Assembly (NCBI GenBank): GCA_963782055.1
Contig: CAWAIF010000003.1
Coordinates: 6,759,948-6,823,947 of the forward strand
Origin: an uncultured delta proteobacterium
GTDB lineage: Bacteria > Myxococcota_A > Polyangia > Polyangiales > Polyangiaceae
DNA: 64,000 bases
Reading direction: 5' to 3'
Below the pieces are notes generated by a model that was not told the DNA's origin, did not search any database, and worked only from the letters and a program-made list of their open reading frames with translations. Position numbers and translations under genes: made by a program. Shown piece after piece: positions 59,578-64,000 of the stretch (position 1 is the stretch's first letter; each line of letters starts with the position of its first letter).

Positions 59578-62500
59578 GTGCTGCTGCTTCTCACGATCGT
59601 GGTCGCGCTTGCCTGCAACGCGGCGCCGCCGGTCGTAGGCGTCTCCTCCGCCCCGCTCCTGCCGCTGCCGAACGTGCTCCTCGCGGAGAAGAAGCTCACC
59701 ATCGGCCCGTACACCAGCGTCTCCGGTGGTGACGTCGTCGTGCGCCAGATCGAGCCGCTGCCGCCCGATGGGCCGGCCCAGCTTGTCATCGGCAACGCGG
59801 CCCACGTCGGCACCGACGCGGGGTGCACCGCCAGCGACAACCTCATCGCGACCTCGGTCACCGTCGGCTCGGGCGCGTGCGCGGGCGATCTCCAGACCAG
59901 CTCCCTCACCAACAATGGCGGCACCGTCGGCTCGCAGTCGGCCTTCCCGGTCGCGCCGCTCCCTCCGCTCGCCATCGCGCCGCTTCCCGTGACCGGCGCC
60001 GTGGTCGATGTGGCGTCCAACACGACGCTCGCGCTCGCGCCGGGCACCTACGGTGACGTGCGCGTCCGTCACGGCGCCACGCTCCAGCTGTCCACGGGCA
60101 GCTACCAGCTCGCGAGCGTGCACATCGACGACACGGGGACCCTCACGACGACCGCAGCTGCGGTGAGCGTGACCGTCTCGGGGGATTTCGTGACCGGCCG
60201 GAATGCGATCGTACAACCAGGGGCGAGCCTGACGGCGGGCGAGCTCGATATCACCGCGGGCGGCACGCACGCCGACGTCGGTCGTAGCTCGACGATCACG
60301 GCCGTCCTCACCGCCCCGCGCGCGACCCTCACGCTGGAGCAGAGCGTCGTCGCCACGGGCGCGTTTGCCGGGTTCAACATCACCGTTGGCGATCACGTGA
60401 CGGTCACCTTCCAGGACGGGTTGCCGCAAGCTCCGGTGGGCACCCAGCTCCTGTCCGGATACTACGGGCAAAAGCTCGACGGCTCGTTCGGGGCCACGAG
60501 CCCGGTCCCGGCGGCCACCAACGTGGTGATAGACGTCGGTCTCCCGCTTCGCAACGCCGCCGCGCTGCAGACGTTCCTGCACGACGTCTCGGATCCGACG
60601 AGCCCGACGTTCCGCCAGTTCATCTCGCCGGCCACCTTCGACTCGCTGTATGGAGCGACGGCCGACGACTACGCGCTCTTGCTCCGATGGGCAGGCGACA
60701 ACGGGCTCATCGTCCTTCGCACTTTTCCCGACAACCTACTCGTCACGTTGAGCGGGACGGCGGCGCAGGTCGAGCACGCGCTCTATACCAACCTGATCTA
60801 CCGGGAGGATGCGTCGGGCGCGCAGACCTTCGTCGCCGTTGACCGGGAGCCCTCCCTGGATCTGACACCGACGGTGGACTGGGTCGGCGGAGTGAACGAC
60901 TGGAGCCCGGTGACCTACTATTCCGACTGTGAATGGACTGCCTCGCCGTTCGGGAGCGACGACGTGACCGGACAGGGGCTCGGTCCCTGGGAGTTCACGA
61001 CGGAGATCCCGGCGATGACCGCGAACGACATCCGCGAGGCGTACCTGGGCGTGAACACGGGCTGCTCGCCGCTCACCGGCGCGGGCGAGACCGTCGGGAT
61101 CCTGGAGGGCAACACCTTCAACCAGAGCGACATCGATGCCTACGTCGCGGCCCAGTCCGCCGACGTCACCATCACGTCGAACCCGCCGACGCTCGTTGAT
61201 ATCGGAGGGCTCGATGCAGTTCAGGGCGAGGCAACGCTCGACATCCAGGCCGTGATGGCGATGGCGCCCGAGGCGCACATCATCATGTACCGCGGCTCAC
61301 AGGTCGGCCATGAGTACGATGACACGTTGATGCAGGTCGCGACCGACAACCTGGTGACGGTCTTCACCAGCTCACTGGCCTACGCGGCCAACACGAAGAC
61401 CCAGCAGGCTCTCGAGAAGATGGCCTCCCAGGGCATCAGCGTCTTCCAGGCCGCGGGCGACTCCGGGGACGAAGGCGATCCGGACGGGGAGACCAACAAC
61501 CGGAAGATGGATAATCAGACGCTGGTCGGAGGCACCGAGCTCACGCTCGGGCCGGTGGCGCAGACCGGGACGCGCGATGGCAAGCCCATCTATACGTACA
61601 CGCCGCCCTACCACCTGAACGAGACGACGTGGAACCAGGGCTGCTCCGCCTTCACGGTGCTCGGAGGCAGCCAGGGGATAGTCCGAAACCCCCTTGCGTC
61701 CGACATCACGGGCGGCGGCATCATGGATGGCGTCGGGCTGGGCACACCCTGCTTTGACCCCGCCAACGTGCTCTGCGGACCGATCGCCATCCCGGACTAC
61801 CAGGCCAACACGCCCGGCGTGGTCACCGGGCCGCTCAGCTTCAACCAGGACGGCAGCGTGGACGTCCACGGGGGGAATGGGGCCTCGGCCTCGTTCCGGA
61901 ACTTCCCGGACGTGGCCATCAGCGCCGCCGGGTTCCAGCACATCATCACGCCAGACGGTGGTTCGCAGCGGGTTGTGTCCATCTCTGGCACGAGCCTCTC
62001 GGCGCCTCTATGGGCAGGTTTCGCCGCCCTCGCCGCCCAGCGCGCGCATAAACGCAATGTCCTCCCACCGGGCATGGGCCTCGGCTTCCTCAACCGCACG
62101 CTCTACGCCATCGGCGGGACGAAGGGGCAATCGCAGGATCTTTACACCCAGTCCTTCCACGACATCGCGGACGGCGTGAACAACCAGGGCGACGACGCCG
62201 TGACCACCTTCCCCAACAACCAGGGCCTCGGGCATGCGTCGGTCGTCGGGTACGATCTCACGACGGGCTGGGGCTCGCCGACCTGCGGGCTGCTGGATCT
62301 GATCAGCTCCAGCACGCCGCTGAGCCCACAGGTCACCTTCAGCTCCCTCGTTGCGCACGTCTCCAGCGGCACGGACGGCGTCAACGATGAGAGTTCGATT
62401 CAGCTCACCCTTCACGTAAACGACGTGGTGTGGAACTTTCCGCTGAAGCCCCAGGCGGACGTAGGGTGGAAGGATGGGGGGACCGCGCACGTCTTCTCCT

Positions 62501-63291
62501 TCGCGCTGCCGATGCCCATCACCCAGGACAACGTCACGGGGGCGGAGCTGACGCTCTTCCAGAACGGCCAGGGCGGCATCACCGCCGACAACTGGGACGT
62601 GGGCGGCCTGCAGGTGGAGCTCACGGGCGCGAGCGATCCCAACGTCTCCTCCGCGTGTACCCTCGACCTCAGCGGGAACGGGGACTGCGACCACACCCAG
62701 CCCAGCTGCAACCCCAACGGGACGCTCGCCGACACCAGCGACACAGGCGTCGTGCGGCTGAGCGAGAACGACGGGTGCGGGACGCTGCCGTGCTCCAGCG
62801 GGCAGGGGGGCATCGTGTTCTTCGGGAGCGATCCGCTGAACGGGCGATGCCCGGCGTTCGCCGGAACCGGCGCGATCACCCAGTTCGACCACCTGGAGTT
62901 CGTGATCGGCACGGGCGACGACGATCTGCGCGCGGATAGTGAGCTCGACTACGCCGTGTTCGACTCGAATAATGGGCCGCTAGCGAACGGGGCACTTCAC
63001 ATGGCCAATTCGGAGCCGCTCTGGGACAACTACACTGAGCACGGCGCGCCCGCTCTCGCGATGCCCATCTCGCCCATGAACGTAGCCGATGCGAGTACCA
63101 TCCGGCTCCAGTTCACGCCCGGCGGTGGCGTCGACGAGTGGCACATGGAGTCGCTGCAGATCTACGGGCGTTCCGACAATAGCGAGGCGGGCCAGTACGT
63201 GTGCCTCTTCAAGGGCAACGGTACTCCCGAGCAAGTGTTCAACAGCGGGAGCAGCACGCTTACCGTGACGGTCGGCTCCGGCTGCCCTTGA
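59578..63291 (+). CDS. Secreted sedolisin (S53) family serine peptidase with pro-kumamolisin-type activation domain and C-terminal beta-rich extension
   Basis: Pro-domain (...FRQFISPATFDSLYGAT...LIVL...VTLSGT). Catalytic-domain blocks incl. ...ATLDIQAVMAMAP... and Ser motif SGTSLSAPLWAGFAALA. Annotated start is GTG 59578, which gives a signal peptide without a charged n-region. Confidence 0.8.
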   Translation: MLLLLTIVVALACNAAPPVVGVSSAPLLPLPNVLLAEKKLTIGPYTSVSGGDVVVRQIEPLPPDGPAQLVIGNAAHVGTDAGCTASDNLIATSVTVGSGACAGDLQTSSLTNNGGTVGSQSAFPVAPLPPLAIAPLPVTGAVVDVASNTTLALAPGTYGDVRVRHGATLQLSTGSYQLASVHIDDTGTLTTTAAAVSVTVSGDFVTGRNAIVQPGASLTAGELDITAGGTHADVGRSSTITAVLTAPRATLTLEQSVVATGAFAGFNITVGDHVTVTFQDGLPQAPVGTQLLSGYYGQKLDGSFGATSPVPAATNVVIDVGLPLRNAAALQTFLHDVSDPTSPTFRQFISPATFDSLYGATADDYALLLRWAGDNGLIVLRTFPDNLLVTLSGTAAQVEHALYTNLIYREDASGAQTFVAVDREPSLDLTPTVDWVGGVNDWSPVTYYSDCEWTASPFGSDDVTGQGLGPWEFTTEIPAMTANDIREAYLGVNTGCSPLTGAGETVGILEGNTFNQSDIDAYVAAQSADVTITSNPPTLVDIGGLDAVQGEATLDIQAVMAMAPEAHIIMYRGSQVGHEYDDTLMQVATDNLVTVFTSSLAYAANTKTQQALEKMASQGISVFQAAGDSGDEGDPDGETNNRKMDNQTLVGGTELTLGPVAQTGTRDGKPIYTYTPPYHLNETTWNQGCSAFTVLGGSQGIVRNPLASDITGGGIMDGVGLGTPCFDPANVLCGPIAIPDYQANTPGVVTGPLSFNQDGSVDVHGGNGASASFRNFPDVAISAAGFQHIITPDGGSQRVVSISGTSLSAPLWAGFAALAAQRAHKRNVLPPGMGLGFLNRTLYAIGGTKGQSQDLYTQSFHDIADGVNNQGDDAVTTFPNNQGLGHASVVGYDLTTGWGSPTCGLLDLISSSTPLSPQVTFSSLVAHVSSGTDGVNDESSIQLTLHVNDVVWNFPLKPQADVGWKDGGTAHVFSFALPMPITQDNVTGAELTLFQNGQGGITADNWDVGGLQVELTGASDPNVSSACTLDLSGNGDCDHTQPSCNPNGTLADTSDTGVVRLSENDGCGTLPCSSGQGGIVFFGSDPLNGRCPAFAGTGAITQFDHLEFVIGTGDDDLRADSELDYAVFDSNNGPLANGALHMANSEPLWDNYTEHGAPALAMPISPMNVADASTIRLQFTPGGGVDEWHMESLQIYGRSDNSEAGQYVCLFKGNGTPEQVFNSGSSTLTVTVGSGCP

Positions 63292-63299
63292 GCGGCGAA

Positions 63300-63653
63300 A
63301 TGTCGTGCCCGAACCGATGGCTCCACCCCGTCTATTGCGCGATCGCTTCAGTCGCGCTTGTGGCGTGTGGTGGGCGGACGGACCTTGGTCACGACCAGCT
63401 TCATGACGCCGGCGACGTGCTCGATGGCGGCGCCCCTGTGGACGCGGCGGTGCCCGACGTCGTCGCCACACCCTACTGCGCCACGCGCGTAGGCCCCGTG
63501 CCGTCCTGCGACGCAGGTGCCGACGCAGGGTACGTCATGCGATGCATCAAGGGAACAGAGTGTCGGTTATTCTTGGGTGTATGGGGTTGCTGTTACCCGA
63601 ATTACAGGGGCTGTGTCAACGCTACTCCTACGGATGCGCCAGGTTGTCAATGA
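63300..63653 (+). CDS. Cys-rich small lipoprotein
   Basis: MSCPNRWLHPVYCAIASVALVACGG. Confidence 0.5.
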   Translation: MSCPNRWLHPVYCAIASVALVACGGRTDLGHDQLHDAGDVLDGGAPVDAAVPDVVATPYCATRVGPVPSCDAGADAGYVMRCIKGTECRLFLGVWGCCYPNYRGCVNATPTDAPGCQ

Positions 63654-63877
63654 TGGCGGCGAGCACGAGCGTAGCCCCGGGTGGGACCGTCCAGCTCCAG
63701 TTCACGCCGGGTGGCGGCGTCGACGAGTGGCACATGGAGTCGCTGCAGGTCTACGGGCGCTCGGATGCCGAATCGGGCCAGTACGTCTGTCTTTTCAAGG
63801 GCAATGGCACTCCAGAGCAAGTGTTCAACAGCGGAAGCACCACGCTCACCGTGACGGTCGGCACCGGCTGCCCCTGA
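63650..63877 (+). CDS. Stand-alone copy (75 aa) of the sedolisin C-terminal domain (...QLQFTPGGGVDEWHMESLQVYGRSD...YVCLFKGNGTPEQVFNSGSTTLTVTVGTGCP)
   Basis: About 85% aa identity to sedolisin residues about 1165-1237. ATG overlaps the upstream TGA (ATGA). Confidence 0.5.
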   Translation: MMAASTSVAPGGTVQLQFTPGGGVDEWHMESLQVYGRSDAESGQYVCLFKGNGTPEQVFNSGSTTLTVTVGTGCP

Positions 63878-63892
63878 GCCCGACGATGTCGA

Positions 63893-64000
63893 ACCGCGAC
63901 TGGAAGCTAGCGGCGCACCCCATCTGTCGTGCGATCGTGGCAGTTGCACTTGCCGTATGTGCATGTGGCGGCCGGACAGATCTTGGCCGCGGCGAGGTTG
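63893..64000 (+). CDS. Second copy of the small lipoprotein gene (partial, runs off window)
   Basis: MSNRDWKLAAHPICRAIVAVALAVCACGGRTDLG parallels 63300-63653. Confidence 0.4.

Overview
This is a high-GC (about 70%) chromosomal segment that looks Myxococcota-like: many Cys-rich lipoproteins, a 'putative metal-binding motif' protein, a Ser/Thr kinase, and several histidine kinases. The left end (1-6750) carries a minus-strand two-component cluster (response regulator-PAS, SPW membrane protein, hybrid histidine kinase, CheY-like regulator, globin-coupled-type histidine kinase). Start and stop codons between these genes overlap as GTGA/ATGA.

A tmRNA gene (ssrA) lies on the minus strand at 25574-25929. 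It has the G3:U acceptor stem and encodes the tag (A)ANDNAIALAA. The last 21-22 nt of its 3' end are repeated at 25460-25480 and at 7090-7111. These copies delimit an ~18 kb IS-riddled integrated island. Inside it are an intact IS21 element, an ISL3 transposase, two IS91 fragments, fragments of IS21 and ISL3, an IS4 element, an IS66 element that disrupts a tyrosine-integrase gene next to ssrA, and a 5'-truncated rsmI.

The main candidate for a new system is a lower-GC three-gene operon inside the island (15073->11653, minus strand). Every gene junction is an ATGA stop/start overlap. It encodes a 598-aa protein with a C-terminal HEPN-like Rx4H motif, a DUF4238 protein with an N-terminal HYVPRF motif, and a 154-aa HNH-like zinc-ribbon protein. 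I read it as a composite anti-phage/abortive-infection module.

The island also holds a ~50% GC islet encoding a neprosin (DUF239)-like lipoprotein plus a small Cys-rich lipoprotein. Right of ssrA are ordinary chromosomal genes: c-type cytochromes, an OMP, a major-vault-protein homologue, a DJ-1 protein, an SRAP protein, an EXLX1-like expansin, RidA, an acyl-CoA ligase, a TerB-like protein, a kinase fused to a cNMP-binding domain, an EVE-domain protein, and an FHA-GGDEF protein. A 1237-aa secreted sedolisin (S53) is preceded by a (GCAA)6 tract between a strong SD+ATG and the reading frame. At its 3' end a 'C-terminal domain + small lipoprotein' cassette is duplicated.
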